A stretch of DNA of 56,265 bases, counting the filler, from Sphacelaria rigidula (Eukaryota): NCBI GenBank assembly GCA_964200075.2. It is 7 parts of 7 records of this genome, joined end to end, with 100 filler letters (N's around TTAATTAATTAA, not from the genome) between each part and the next. Parts side by side here need not be neighbours in the genome. Positions count along the whole stretch, not along the records: positions 24,160 to 32,111 come from CAXNAA020012866.1; positions 32,212 to 40,163 come from CAXNAA020012867.1; 5 more parts are not named here. One strand, given 5' to 3'. A program made the position numbers and the translations under genes. Below the pieces are notes generated by a model, which was not told the DNA's origin, made no database searches, and was given only the letters and a program-made list of their open reading frames with translations. Shown here piece by piece: positions 25,431 to 38,039 of the stretch; the stretch's first letter is position 1, and each line of letters starts with the position of its first letter.

Positions 25431-26080
25431 ATACATGGAAGTCGGAAAGCGCAAGCTGATTGCAGTTAGCAAGAATAGTGGCTGGCTTCAATATCCAGAT
25501 CCCGAATATCTTCAGCTGTGGACAGACGGCAGACATACACCAGGTGCTATGGGCGTGTTGACGCTCACTGTCTGCTACTGATGTTGCTCTTCTTGCTTTG
25601 GGATTTGAGGTGTTGTACCCCGTGTGTCTATTATGCCCTCATACTCTGCACGAGCTTCGTCTCCAAAAAATATCGGTAGAGACGTCGAGTCGAGTTTCCC
25701 ATAAATTTTTCACATCTAATCGTCCGGAAGATGAAAGAACCACAATCATACTCAATCGTAGAGCGAAAAATGAACGTGAGCAATGATTACGGCTCATCTA
25801 CTCCGACCTCACGCTGCTGGGTATGGACCTCTCGTCTATGAACCCTACGGGAGTGAGGCACCAGACTGCTCTTGCATACACAGGTAGGAAGGATCATACA
25901 CATGGAGAGACAAAGGGGGAAACATAGTCTACTCGTTAACGATTTTGAAATAACTTGATGATGCGGACTTCGACAAATCCCCATCCCTACAACATCTCAA
26001 CCTTCAAAGTCCAGACCATCAAACCCAATCATTTTGATTCAGATATTCGTAGCTTCGGTTTTGTGGAGATAGGTCGCTAC

Positions 26081-26297
26081 TGTAATGCGTGAGAGGACCG
26101 CGTGCCTAGAGGACCGCGCCGTGATTCAAAACACCTCAGGATCGACGTTTTTCAACACCAATCAGGTCAGTCCCTGGAGGTACCACGCCCCTGACCATAA
26201 CCCTGACACTAACCCTAACCCTAGCCCTAACCCTCACCGTAGTGATGTCCAAGTTCCGATACGGTCCTCTATGCACGCGGTCCTCTCACGCATTACA
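26081..26297. mobile_element. 217-bp MITE with near-perfect 36-bp TIRs and internal (AACCCT)-like repeats
   Basis: TGTAATGCGTGAGAGGACCGCGTGCCTAGAGGACCG ... CGGTCCTCTATGCACGCGGTCCTCTCACGCATTACA. Confidence 0.85.
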
Positions 26298-27602
26298 CCT
26301 ACATTGCGAATATACATTTTTTTCTCCAAATACTTGAACGGGATACGCAGAAAAAAAACTAGGGATGCTGCGAGTTCTTTTTGTGTCGCGGTTTCTGCTC
26401 CCTGGAAAACCTATTTTTTGTAGAAAATCGTAGCAAACACAAGAGCTTCGTTTGTTTGGAACCCAGCGGAGGAATAATAGGTGAATGCTATTCACTAGAG
26501 CGAAAGTGCTTCGCCGTGAATACTTGTCGATGCCAGGTCTCTGCCAATGTGTATGAATGTGGGATCGTGAACAGACAGGGGGAGGGCAGGAAGACGTCCC
26601 GACATGCCTTCCTCCCTTCCTTGGCGACCATGAGTACGATTCTCCAGAGACGTGCCTGTTGGCCTTGACGGCATCTCTTGTTCCAAAAGCGACTGGAGAT
26701 TGTCGGGGTAGAATAATTTCCAGTTATCACGATGTCAATGATATCAAGGAGGTTGAGAGGTTGGGCGATCGGGGCCTCCATGGTTGTCACCCGCTACCTC
26801 GTTCGTCTCGATGCTAAAAAGACAACACGGTCGATTGGTGTAGAATTTGGTGCGCCCCGTCCTTGTCTGCAGAAGTCAGACGCAGTCGTAGCCAACGCGT
26901 AGCCCCTGCGGATTACGGACACTGACACGTACAATGCAGCTGGCAGTTGCGAGCCATACAAGGGTGTCAGAAAACACACGTCCTTCTTGAGCCCAAGCCC
27001 TGAGCAATCCACATTTTTGAATATAGACAACCTGACGATTCGTAGTCACGGCAGGGAAGAAAAGGTAACGTCAAGGCTCCTCACTCCACAATCCTTGTTT
27101 CACGCGAAGAGAGCGAGCCTTCAAATAAGGGCAGGCCAGCTCCAGATGCTTGTCGACCGCAACACTCAGCACCACGCGACATTCCACACCAAGATGGAAG
27201 AGCTTTCGTTGCACCAACATTTGCGTGCAGCAAATATGAAGAGAGGGAGATGTGACAGGGTGACAACAGAGGACCAGAGTATGGGTCAGTGGCAGTATTC
27301 TATCGCCCAAGTTAAGAATAGACAGGGACTACATAATATGTTTACCGCGCGAAAACATCTGCGAACGTGCTTCTTTGTGTCGATGTGGTGCTATGATCGA
27401 TCCTTGTGTAAACAATTACTTCGGGATGGGTTGGCGAGCCACATGTTCGAGAGGATTCCATTGTTCGATGCCGTCACATGCCTCACCCAAAACGCTCGGG
27501 CTTCCCAACTGTTGTAAATCGAAGATCTGTTGTAGTACAGCTTCTATAATCTGCTAACACACCACATTTACATCCTGTGTACGCTCGTCTTTCCCGCCAC
27601 AG

Positions 27603-27689
27603 GCGCTATTGCATCAAATACCAGCGAAGTTATCATCGATGGCGATACGACATTCACCAACAACACCGTCGGAAAACATGGACAGGGAG
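27603..27689 (+). CDS. Internal exon encoding one polymorphic-membrane-protein-type (GGAI..FxxN) beta-helix repeat
   Basis: Polypyrimidine tract plus CAG acceptor and G/GTGAGA donor; 87 bp, symmetric phase 1; translates (G)AIASNTSEVIIDGDTTFTNNTVGKHGQG(G). Confidence 0.8.
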
Positions 27690-28669
27690 GTGAGACTCAA
27701 CGTATGCCCAGACTCAATTCGCCAGTGAGCACTTCCACGGACAGTGAGAAAGCAAACCACAGCCGGGTCGTCACCCTGCAGGTTGCTGATGATAGCTTGT
27801 GAGCTTACTGCAGATTTCACAGAAAGGATCGGCTCAGTTCACCTCGCGAAAATGACTCTAAAGGGCAACAAGCTCGTCCTGCTCCGCTGAATACGCTCAT
27901 GATTGCGGAAAACACTACCGATAGAGTCAAGAACCAGTGTGTATCACGATGAATATTTCGATTAATCGACGTATGCCGTGTTGTTTGGATTTCAGCGGGG
28001 GTACTGTGACATATGTTGACCCTGGGCAGCACGGATCATTTGGCACGGCGTCGTTTCAGTCTGAACGTTGTCCGGGGGTAAATCCATCATCTCTCGGTGG
28101 TGCTCATACGTGTAGCTATATCTTGAAGTTGGAAATTCATAGTTGTTTTTTCACTGCAGCAAATGCAGTCGGGGTTGTTCGGTTCTCCTTTTTGGTTCGA
28201 TTTTGCATGTAATCGTGTCATCGGTTTGAATCGGCATTTTTCGCTGGGAGGATCAAGTGTGTCGGCCAAATCGAGCAATCCCAGATGAGGAGGGAGCAGT
28301 AAGCGGGAATGGGGAAGCATTCTCAGTATTTCCAAGAATGCAAAAGATGTCGACGGTGCGGTTCGGACGACCCTCATCCAATAATCTCGTACGTCCGAGC
28401 TCGAAGTAGCAAAGTCTGTTCGTGCAAATGGGGTAGTCGGCAGGGCACACGATGCTGAGGTCCACAATACACTAGCGGCGCATTTGTGTCAACGTGTTGT
28501 GACACTTACACGCTGAGGGATTCACCACTGGAAATAGCGTGTCAGGGCCAAAGTTGAGCATGAAGTTCTACACTGGGCGCGTGGCCGTACCCTCGGCGTT
28601 CACTTTTTCCCTTAGACTGATTGTCCTTAGAGCGTGTTTGAATTCCATTTGTTTTAGTACGTCTATCAT

Positions 28670-28737
28670 GAGACCACGGCTGGACCCCTGGGGGGTCAGT
28701 TAAAGTGCGACAATCAATCAATCAATCAATCAATCAC
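28670..28737 (+). mobile_element. Retroposon 3' tail family B with (AATC)n tail
   Basis: GACCACGGCTGGACCCCTGGGGGGTCAGTTAAAGTGCGAC(AATC)6. Confidence 0.7.
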
Positions 28738-29585
28738 TGACAATATTACTGCCTTTTACCTGACTCTAGCCGGCTATGAACCATGTCCTCCGATCGACCA
28801 TCAATCGTGTTCTCTACAAATATGGAAGATGTGGACGTTGCCAACCCTCATCCTTTAGTCTGGTACAGATTCAAGTGTAAATGTCTTCGTGTAAACGGCG
28901 CACTCAGCAGGGTTTGCGATGATGGAGTATAAGATCCTGCAGCGGCGCTTTCGTGTCATGTTTATTGGCGGTTACACGTGGCGGGGATTACGGAAAGAGA
29001 AGTAGTCGTAGGTCACTACCGGAACCTGGTAACACCTGTTGGAATATATATGGCTGTCGTGACTCATGTATAAAATACAGAGATACACAGTGTTCAGCTG
29101 CCAACGTGACAGGAACAATTGGTTCAACTGGTGAACCCAGCTCTGACAAGAGAGCTCGCAGAGGCTGCACAGTGTTGGTTAAACACTTGCTCGTGCAATC
29201 AGAAAAATATAGTTTGAACTTGGCGCTTCATCCGGCCGTTACTCAAATCAAACACAATCAGTCTCTACTCCACAAGATACTGATGACAAGCTGGTAGGCT
29301 TACTTGAGGTGGGTCGCTTTTGAGAGTAATAGCGTAGGTCTATGTCACTCTCTCGACAAAACTCCTGGACACTATAATACTGTTTACCCAAACTGTTGAT
29401 ATCTTATACCTCGGACTCTTCGTACTCAACCCTTCAGTATTCTGACAACAAGCTGACTTTCTGTATACGAGCTATACAGTGCACGAGCTATTCATTATTC
29501 TACGATGGATATTCCACTCCTGCGGTTATTCCTACGATCTTTGTTCTAACCATGAACCGTTACTGGTTTTACCGCTAATCTCCAG

Positions 29586-29686
29586 AATGTATATTCGGAA
29601 CTGTTACTTCATAAATTCCAACAACACCAACAACCAACAAAGCGTTCGACGCGGAATCCGAGAATGAAACCAAAATATAGGCGAAG
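29586..29686 (+). pseudogene. Possible disrupted beta-helix repeat exon
   Basis: CTCCAG acceptor and G/GTAAAT donor; MYIRNCYFIN...NIGE(G) with an internal CAA-rich stretch and an in-frame TGA. Confidence 0.3.
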
Positions 29687-29799
29687 GTAAATCAATCGGC
29701 ATCTTAGCGAGAAGAACGTTGTCCAAAATAATTGCCAAGAAAGTTCTCGAGAGAGGGAGTGAAGGGGTGTGTAGCTGAAGTCATGCATGGAAAGGTAGC

Positions 29800-30115
29800 A
29801 GGGGTGTACTTATAATCGTGCATGCCGTGGTCACTTGACAGTTGACCTCGGATCCCTACAAAGCCGGGACGGAGCATGTCGAGTGTTCGCCGGACCCGGC
29901 TCGCAATTAATCACCAAGAGCGAAGCGCCGTGATATGTTCGGCGAGTCGCATGAAGCGTGAGCTGTATCCCGCTCAAATCCTTAGGCCCGAAGCGTACTT
30001 CTCATCTTGCATATGGATGGCAGGCTCCAATCAGATGCTTTCTTTTCTGGTATTGCCACTTCTTCTAGAGATATCCACGAGTTCCACACTGTCTCATGGG
30101 TGACTGTCTCACTAT
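29800..30115 (+). repeat. Interspersed repeat family A
   Basis: Homologous to 10560-10875. Confidence 0.8.
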
Positions 30116-30299
30116 AAATGGCTGGAGGGGTAGACAATATTGTCAAGGAATTTACCAAGTGCGAGGTGCAAGGAGCGATTACCGTGATGGTCATGTTGTA
30201 TACTTGGATCTCGGGAAATGCGTACCCACCCGACAGGTAAAGAAAATGAGTAGTAAATCTGTCCAGGAAAGGATACGGCTGACCCAGGGAATTCTAGAG

Positions 30300-32050
30300 G
30301 TAAAACGCACCTATGCACTGTGAAAAAAGCATTCTGTAAGATTCTGTACAAAATAGTGGGAACGATGCTGGAGAAACAAGAAACATCGAAGGGTAAGCAG
30401 GGTTGAGAACATACGCAGCTGCGAAGACTATGTGTCATATCAAGTGGGATTACTCGAGGTCAGAGAGACGCGGGCTAATACCGTACTACTACTTTTGTTC
30501 TAGACGTACAGACGACCTACGGTACAGTATGCAGGAATGGGTTATGGAAATGGATACGGGAAAATTATATCAGAGGGAAGATGTAGATAACGATGGGAAA
30601 AGACGACGACATGTGGAGAAGGGTAACGATGCTATATCTAAGCATGTTGATATTTTTACAAGGAGTTGCACGAGTATATATATTATTTACCAACTTGATT
30701 GCAAGGTATTTATCAACGTAGTGATGTTGTCCACGAAAGAGGAGGAACGGTGTTTAGATCGATGTCCGTCGATGATTTCGTGAGGACAGCAGAAACACCA
30801 CAAGAGTTGCAGAGATAATTAGAGAAGGCGCTAAAGTACAGCAGGAAAAAAAATGACAGCGAGTCTAAATAAAAGCACAGTAGTATTATGCAAGGAAGAT
30901 AAGGAAAACCCGATACAACACAAATAAAATTGAGGAGGAGAGAAATCACCTGTCGTAGACCAGTATGGATAACTTGACGTACAGAAGGAATAACTGATCT
31001 TGGGGTTCGAACACACGTGAACTAAAAAGAAGGGGGAGGCACAGATGGACAAGAAGGACGTGATACTAAGAGACTCGCACCTCGATGCAACGATTGAGAG
31101 ATGCACATAGATGAATGTAAACGTACCAAAACAAAAATATGGAGGAGATTATGGAAAGGTGACGCGAAGTTGGTGAAACCGCTGTACACAATACAAACGA
31201 CAGTAGCTGATGATATACTTGGATGCTCAAAGACGATACGAATACAGTATTGAGAGAAGGATTGGGAAAGCACCCAATTGAAACGGAGAGAGACGCAAAA
31301 CAAATACGACGGGAATTTAGCAAAAGGAACATGCCAAGGAAGAGGCTGCCTGCCAGCCATGTTTAATATGTCAAAATGGAAGAAAGTAACTGAGGGGCAG
31401 GTTGGAAAAAGGTGGGGTAGTGTATCCGAGAAAATGTGGGAAGGGTTTGGGAGGATACCAAGACGAGAGTGTTCATGGATGTGTGAGGTAGATGATTAAA
31501 TAGGAGATAGGTGACAGGCACACTCGTGAGGGGAAAACTCGCTTGAGGGAAAAACGTGACCAAATAAAAGCAACTTGAAATGTACACGGGTTGACAAAAG
31601 TGATCGAGGTGGCATATTTGCACGACCCAACAGACTACGCGAAAGAGCTGAGAGTGCGATTTCGGGTGGGGAAATTGGGCTTGCCACAAAGGAGGAAGAG
31701 GTATACCAGTAGTCGGGTGGAGGAGAAGGTGGGTGAACGAAATCCCGTTTTGCGAAGCAAATAAGTAGACTTCATAAAGGAGGAGAATTGATACCTAGTA
31801 AGGAGCCGGGTGTGATCAGAGGGGGAAATGTAGGGCGTAAACAAATGTGACATGAAATCGTTCGGTGCAGACGATGGCAGCGAGAAAACGGTTGCTACTC
31901 CAGGAGATGGATGACGGCCATGGACGGCGAAACAAGAGCGGGATCAGGGACGTAATGAGTAGCGGAATGCTGGAGGTGACTCGTTCAGAAAAAAGAAGAG
32001 TGCTCCGTCTCGAAAGGGTTACGCGGCCAACGGCCAAATGACTAAGACAA
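30300..32050 (-). pseudogene. Highly decayed non-LTR retrotransposon (LINE) reverse transcriptase
   Basis: Ordered remnants SPISPPEI (about 31680), YCIRIV..SSATV..VYSGFTN (about 31170-31250), and LSILVY-[A]-G/D-D, a YADD-like motif with a 1-nt insertion (30945-30975); strong purine/pyrimidine strand skew. Confidence 0.5.
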
Positions 32051-32111
32051 GCAAGGAATGAAGACGCCCCCCTCCCCCACCCCCCGCCCCCTCTCCCGGC
32101 CACACCACATC

Positions 32112-32211
32112 NNNNNNNNNNNNNNNNNNNNNNNNNNNNNNNNNNNNNNNNNNNNTTAATTAATTAANNNNNNNNNNNNNNNNNNNNNNNNNNNNNNNNN
32201 NNNNNNNNNNN
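32112..32211. other. Artificial contig spacer
   Basis: Same 100-bp linker. Confidence 0.98.
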
Positions 32212-32279
32212 CCCTAACTCCAACTGCTCCGTCTCGCAAGGAATGCGTGGTCAATGATCAAACGGCTAAGGCGAGCAAT

Positions 32280-32415
32280 AAATGAGTACGCCCCCCCCTC
32301 CCGCCCGCGAGCCTGGTCCGGCGATTACCCGGCGTGCTCCGTCCCGGCCTTGTGGGGATGCTAGGTCAATGGCCTTATGTCTACGGCGTGCGAGATCATG
32401 AGTACACCGCACCCC
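32280..32415 (-). repeat. Interspersed repeat family A, 5' end (inverted)
   Basis: CGTGCTCCGTCCCGGCCTTGTGGGGATGC...GATCATGAGTACACC. Confidence 0.7.
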
Positions 32416-33577
32416 CCCGCCACCCCCCGCCACCCCCAGCTCCAAATTCGAGTCCTCCGTCATCTGGATACTGCGACCCCTTTACCCCCCTACGTACCGC
32501 GTGTATAATTATTTTCTCAATAAAATAAAACGTCAACCCTTAGACAGCGAGCGTCGCCTCGGAACAGTTTCACAGGCTGACAGTCCGGAGACATCCGGAG
32601 GTTTCCAGTGGCCGGGAGGGGTGGTTTTTGAGGAGGGGGGAGTCTGTCCGCAGAGCAGCCGAAAAGCTCACCAAGTCAACCATGTTTATTTGGAAATTTC
32701 CTGAGGAAGATTCTAAGTCAGGAACAAGACCCGAGAGGCGCGGAATCACCATTCTGACCAATCACAGCCGTCACAATGAGCACGTATTAACCGTTTTGGG
32801 ACCGGACTCCCAGGAACATGGTGGTGGCACGTTGGGGGTGGGGTTGTTACTGGGTATCATCGTCAGTCGTTTTCAACTAAAAATGATGCCGATTCACTGA
32901 AAGGCCCTTGCGTGCAAAAGCCATGTTTCTGAAAGCACGGTCCCAAAAGGGCTAAGAGTTCCCCTACAGGTGGACTACTTCGCTGTCTTCCGGCATTCCT
33001 CATTTCGGTCATGGCAATTCAACCATATGTTGGATGGGTGCAAATAAGTTGTCTTGTACTATGCTTGAGGTCTTGCCGCCTGTCTGACGCGTAGATTTCG
33101 TGTGTGTGCGGGGGGCTGTGAAGTGCTACAGTCCAGCTTGCTTCCTGTGTCGAGAAAAATGCGGCGAAAGTGCTGCAGCTGTCGCATACTAAACCAAGTG
33201 ATTAGGGATGAAGCGTGTCTGTCCTACTCGTAACAGCTCGCACCAGCTGATGACGTTTATTACTGTTCCTCCGCGTTTTTTTTCACCTCCTGCACGTTGT
33301 TTTGTTGTTGTTATGCTGTTATCATATATGACCCTTATTCACCCCCATAGCAGTATATGTTTCTACGTATCTAAAAAATATTGGCTATGCTTGTTTTTTG
33401 GTGACAGGCCCGAGGGCTCCAAGGAGCGGCGGCAGACCCCACGGCGTGGGAGGTGCGAATGGCCTCCAGATACTACAAGCTTCTTTTTAAGGAGTATGCG
33501 TTGGCCGACTTATCGCGGTGAGACTTATTTCGGAGGACGGAAAGACAGACGCGAGGAACTGAGCGGTTTTTACTGCA

Positions 33578-34140
33578 TTGTGTGGTGCGTGTGTTGCGCT
33601 CCCGTCTTTTCTGGACCCCGGCCAGACTACACCTTTTGGTATCTGTTGACGTCTCAGCCGGGGTCTCACAGAGGAAGGTCAAAACAGGATGTTTCTCTTT
33701 CTTTTTCTTTTTCTTTTTCTTTTTCTTTTTCTTTTTCTTTTTCTTTTTCTTTTTCTTTTTCTTTTTCTTTTTCTTTTTCTTTTTCTTTTTCTTTTTCTTT
33801 TTCTTTTTCTCTTTCTTTTTCTTCTTCTTCTTCTTCTTCTTCTTCTTCTTCTTCTTCTTCATCTGTTTCTTCATCACTTCAGCACCCTACATTCCTTCTG
33901 TACGTAGTGACTGTCGTAGTGCTTGCCTTATTTCTTGTCGCGAAGAGGGTTCAGCACTCCCTCCCTTTCCCTTGTCGACCGTGAAGTCGAACTTTGTGTG
34001 CCCACGACATGGTCGCTCTCCACTGGTGGGCATGATGTGAGAAAAATCCCAGATGGTAGGACTTTACCAAGATTCGAACCCACGCGTTCCAAACGTCACA
34101 ACGTTTGGAGGTGATCGGCTGAGCCACCGGGGCGACTGGC
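33578..34140 (-). mobile_element. Full-length tRNA-derived SINE with expanded internal microsatellite
   Basis: Head GCCAGTCGCCCCGGTGGCTCAGCC..GGTTCGAATC, family core and 3' tail, split by (AAAAAG)n/(AAG)n. Confidence 0.85.
33699..33860. repeat. Compound microsatellite (CTTTTT)n-(CTT)n
   Basis: Directly visible; explains the poly-K, poly-F and FS/FL ORFs. Confidence 0.95.
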
Positions 34141-35684
34141 TCCTGTGCTGTACAGTATTCTGGAGTAGAATAAACAAATTGGTTTGATGGCACTTTTGTT
34201 TAAGTTATGGGGAAAAAAAATGAGAACCTTGCTTGTCTTCCACCCGGGGCGTTACAGGAGCACCAACGTTTTTGGTAAGGCGAAGCATTGTAGGTACCTG
34301 TTGGTGAGTTTGGCCGCGTGAAGCTTTGGAGACGTGACGAATTCCGATAGTGTGTGCGTGTGGCACTGAAAAAATAAAGGGGATTTTTTTTTCTTTCTTT
34401 TTTTCTCTTGATTTTTTCAGCATTTTTTTCTGCTTCTCTGCTCGATTTTTTTTTTTTTACAATCAAGCGTTTTTTTTCCCCTCTATATTATGCGACAATA
34501 TTCGGATCTTTGTCATGCCATTGTTTTCTTTCATTTCCTTGTCTTCTCTTTGTTTTTTTTAATTCCTGATCACGTTATCCGAACCGTTCTCTTTCCCTTC
34601 CCGTGAAACTCTCCCGTGTATTCTTTTAAGGGATGGAACCATACCATCTACATGCCAGACAAGTCGATACCTTGGATTGTGTTAGGTCAGGATCCAATCT
34701 GGCATCGCGTCGACATTCATCAAATTTGCACACCCCGACGATATATGGTCAATAGTTACAATGGAAAAAAAATGTTCGGACAAAATTGCAGTAGGCCTAT
34801 ACTCTATGCAGTACATTTTCCCTATTGCAACTATTGACAACATATTTGTCCATGGTGTACATTTTTTTCTCCGCTTCTCACATCCTCGCGTATTTTTTCC
34901 GTCGCGGAAATCAGAAAACTCATGATGAAAAAGAAGCACCGAATGGAATGGTTTCTGCCCGCGAGGCGGCTTCACTAGAGTTGGTGGTCGAATCACAATG
35001 TTTTTACGGCAATAAGTTGTGCCGAGGTAGGTGCGCATGAGCAGCACTTTCTCAGGTTTTTGAATTGATGGGGAGCCCTTTATTCTCCTCCACAACACCA
35101 CTTGATGTGACACGTGTCAGAGCACGGCACGATCAGCGTTCCAATGACCTAGCTGTCGTGGGGATACCTCGAAAATAGTTATGAACCGCAGTCTCGTGTA
35201 GCGCCTTTTGTTACGAGCCCGTCGATGATGAACATGTGAGCCCAAATGTGCAACCCGTCGCCGTGGCATGACTCCATTCCAGAATAACCTTCCTCCTTTC
35301 GCCCCGCGAATTCATATCTGTTTGGATTATAATGGCTGGTTTATCGATGGAGTTGATTGTCGCACAATATTGCCGATCCGGTGCGTGTCTTGCTGTGGTC
35401 GTGAGATACTCGAACCCGAAGTAGACGGGAATACTTGATCAGCCCCAGGAAAATTCGATGAGCAACAGAAGAAAAACTGCCAAGTAAGTCTATCAAGTGA
35501 AGGAGAAAGCAGGCCATGTCTAGTTTTATTTGTATTTGTTTCATCGGAACCGTCTCTCTTTTCATCTTCTTGCCTTTTTTTTTTTTTCTCGTCTTTTTCT
35601 CGTCTTTTTCTCATTTTTCTCCCTTCTCTTCTGCTTCCCCTTTTCTCTTTTTCTCTTTGCCCTTGTTTTTCACTTTCGCCTCCT

Positions 35685-35755
35685 TGATTGATTTGATTTT
35701 TTTATTGATTGTTGCACTTTGACTGACCCCCTACGGATCCAGCCGTGGTCATGCC
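35685..35755 (-). mobile_element. Retroposon 3' tail family B
   Basis: Reverse complement GACCACGGCTGGATCCGTAGGGGGTCAGTCAAAGTGCAAC plus a degenerate (AATC)n. Confidence 0.65.
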
Positions 35756-36273
35756 TTCTATTTATTTCTTTTTTCTGTTCCTTTTTCTCTTTCTCTTTCT
35801 CGTTTCCTTTTTCGGGTTTCTTGTCCTGCTTTCCTTTCCTTTCCTTTCCTTTCCTCTCATTTTTTCTTCTTTTGTCTCTCTGCTTTGTTTTGTTTTGGTG
35901 TTGTATCTTTCTCCCTGACGACTTCCTCTTCCTCTCTAGTGTTTCCTCCAGCCATTGCTTTTACCCTGTTAACCTTGGGTTCACGACGTCTACCTTGTGG
36001 AGAATGACCACGACTGGATTTCGATTAATAGAGCATCACTTAATGTGCGACAACCACTCCAACCACTCAACGAAGGGGAAGAGGAGAAAAAAAAATAATG
36101 TATTATGTTCACTTCAGAAATGGATGCTAGTGTCAAACTCAAGTACAAGTTCATCTTTCCGCTCTCTCTCCAAGAACGAAGAATGTACGTGTGGCCACGG
36201 TCTTATACCCTGCTATGTAACGATCACGGACGGCTTCGTTACGGAACAGTTAGTGCGCAGAAAATCTGCCAAT

Positions 36274-36530
36274 GACTCATGCCGAGATAGCCCCCCCACA
36301 AAAAGTGCACCGGCACCATCCAACGAACCGGCTGCGATCCCACTATTGGGCTCGTTTGCAGCAATCCCGCTCACATGAGGGGCGTGTAGCAGTCTGTAAT
36401 CAGCTATAATGCCCAAATCAGTCGCGTCGTGCAGCACGAAACCAGCTTTAACGGCAGTTATGATCATTGCCTCCGTGCACGTTTTCGGCCGGGTTTTTTT
36501 TCGGGGGGGGGGGCTATCTCGGCAGCAGTC
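36274..36530. mobile_element. 257-bp MITE with 4-bp TSD (CAAT), possibly Sola-like
   Basis: TIRs GACTCATGCCGAGATAGCCCCCCC / GGGGGGGCTATCTCGGCAGCAGTC; CAAT at 36270-36273 and 36531-36534. Confidence 0.75.
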
Positions 36531-38039
36531 CAATCAATCAATTGAAGGAAATCCACTTGACGGCAACATCTCTACTGTTGCTGCTTTTCATTTCTTGCAT
36601 TTGGAGAACACATGCATACACAAGTCAGTTGAATCGGAAAGTTTTTGTTGTATCCCGCCGGCTTTCTCTGGATGTGCCCGTGTCTTTCGCCTCGTCGTGT
36701 ACTGCATTGTTACGAAAATAAAATCCCGCCAGCGGGGGAATCTGATGCATGCTTCATTTTTCTCACGAGGACCAAAACAATTAATCAAAGTAGGAGGAAC
36801 TAATATATAACTAACGAGGAGTTTATAAATAATATAATTTTGTTGCTGAGTACAACACGGGGGAGGGGGGACTCTTTTTTTGCTTGCCTTAATCGTTTGC
36901 CCATTGATCATGCATCCTTTTCGAGACGGAGCACCGCTCCTTCCTCTAGTACCGGAGAGAGATGGGTTGATCCCTTCAGACCGCAGACTCGTCCCAAGGA
37001 ACGGGAGGGGTTTAAAGTGCGACAAATATTGAACACGCCGTATATATATATATATACATATACAGAGAGAGATACCTCCAACATTTGGGCGCTCATTACG
37101 TTTCTTCCATACATCACAAGGTTGGAAGGGGGGACGTATAAGTTTATATTGGCAAGAGCACCAAAAAGTGAGCAGTGTACAGTGACAATAATGATGATAT
37201 ATGTCTGAAGTACATACTTTGAAAATATGAGAAGAAATGCGATATGATGACAAGATAGCACCATGAACGTTTGATATAATATCCAACCCCGAATACGCTC
37301 AATAAACCCTTCGACCACAACAACGATTTGGGGATCTTTTTCTGCAGGAGTAATCGCGTACCAAAGTCATCAGACAGTGCTTGTATTAGAATACACACCA
37401 GGGACTCAGTCAAGAATATTACAGCTTCGCGGCCAAACGGTTGCTGTACCGTCTGCTGAACACAATTATAGACCTGAATCGCAAGGTCACCTACAATGAT
37501 ATGGGCTGTCCGTTTTTTTTCCCTTTTCAAATGTATTTTACCCCCGGCTGCCACCCGACTGAGAATTATTGTGTCGGGGTAAGTTAGCCTCAACCAGCAA
37601 CCAAACGACATAACCAACGCGTAGGAAAGATTGACATGACCTACAGATTAGCCTGTGTTCTGTGTCAGTGGCGATACAACACACCGTCGCGGCAGTGGGT
37701 CATGCCGACATTGTCGTCCCTCAGGCTGAACCCCGCAGCTGCAAAGGTTTACCCGAAGTTGGGGCATTGTTACGGAAATCACGTTGGCGGAGATGAAACA
37801 CGCGTGAGTATGTACCAGGTTCGGCGGATTGGAGCTAGCGGCTGACGCGGGCTGGGAAGGCTGCACCCCCCCCCCCCCGCGAGACTAAAGCGCGAGGCAA
37901 GTACCGTGACCACCTTGTCAAGCACCAATTGGGACAGAAAGAAAGTCGCACGTAACATTAAATGGCGAAAAAAATCCCTACAAGAGGGCGTGTAATATAG
38001 AGAACGCTAGAGCTAGGTCCCGTTTAGGGGAGCTCGAAA

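Noticed and set aside
26190..26240. Telomeric repeats (AACCCT)
   Set aside because: Only a few degenerate units, internal to a TIR-bounded MITE and not at a chromosome end.
33208..34040. Long poly-K, poly-F and FS/FL ORFs
   Set aside because: They are translations of the (CTTTTT)n/(CTT)n microsatellite inside a SINE.
35180..35280. Ulp1 protease-like HW..IID motif on the minus strand
   Set aside because: No downstream QxNxxDCG motif was found; could be chance.
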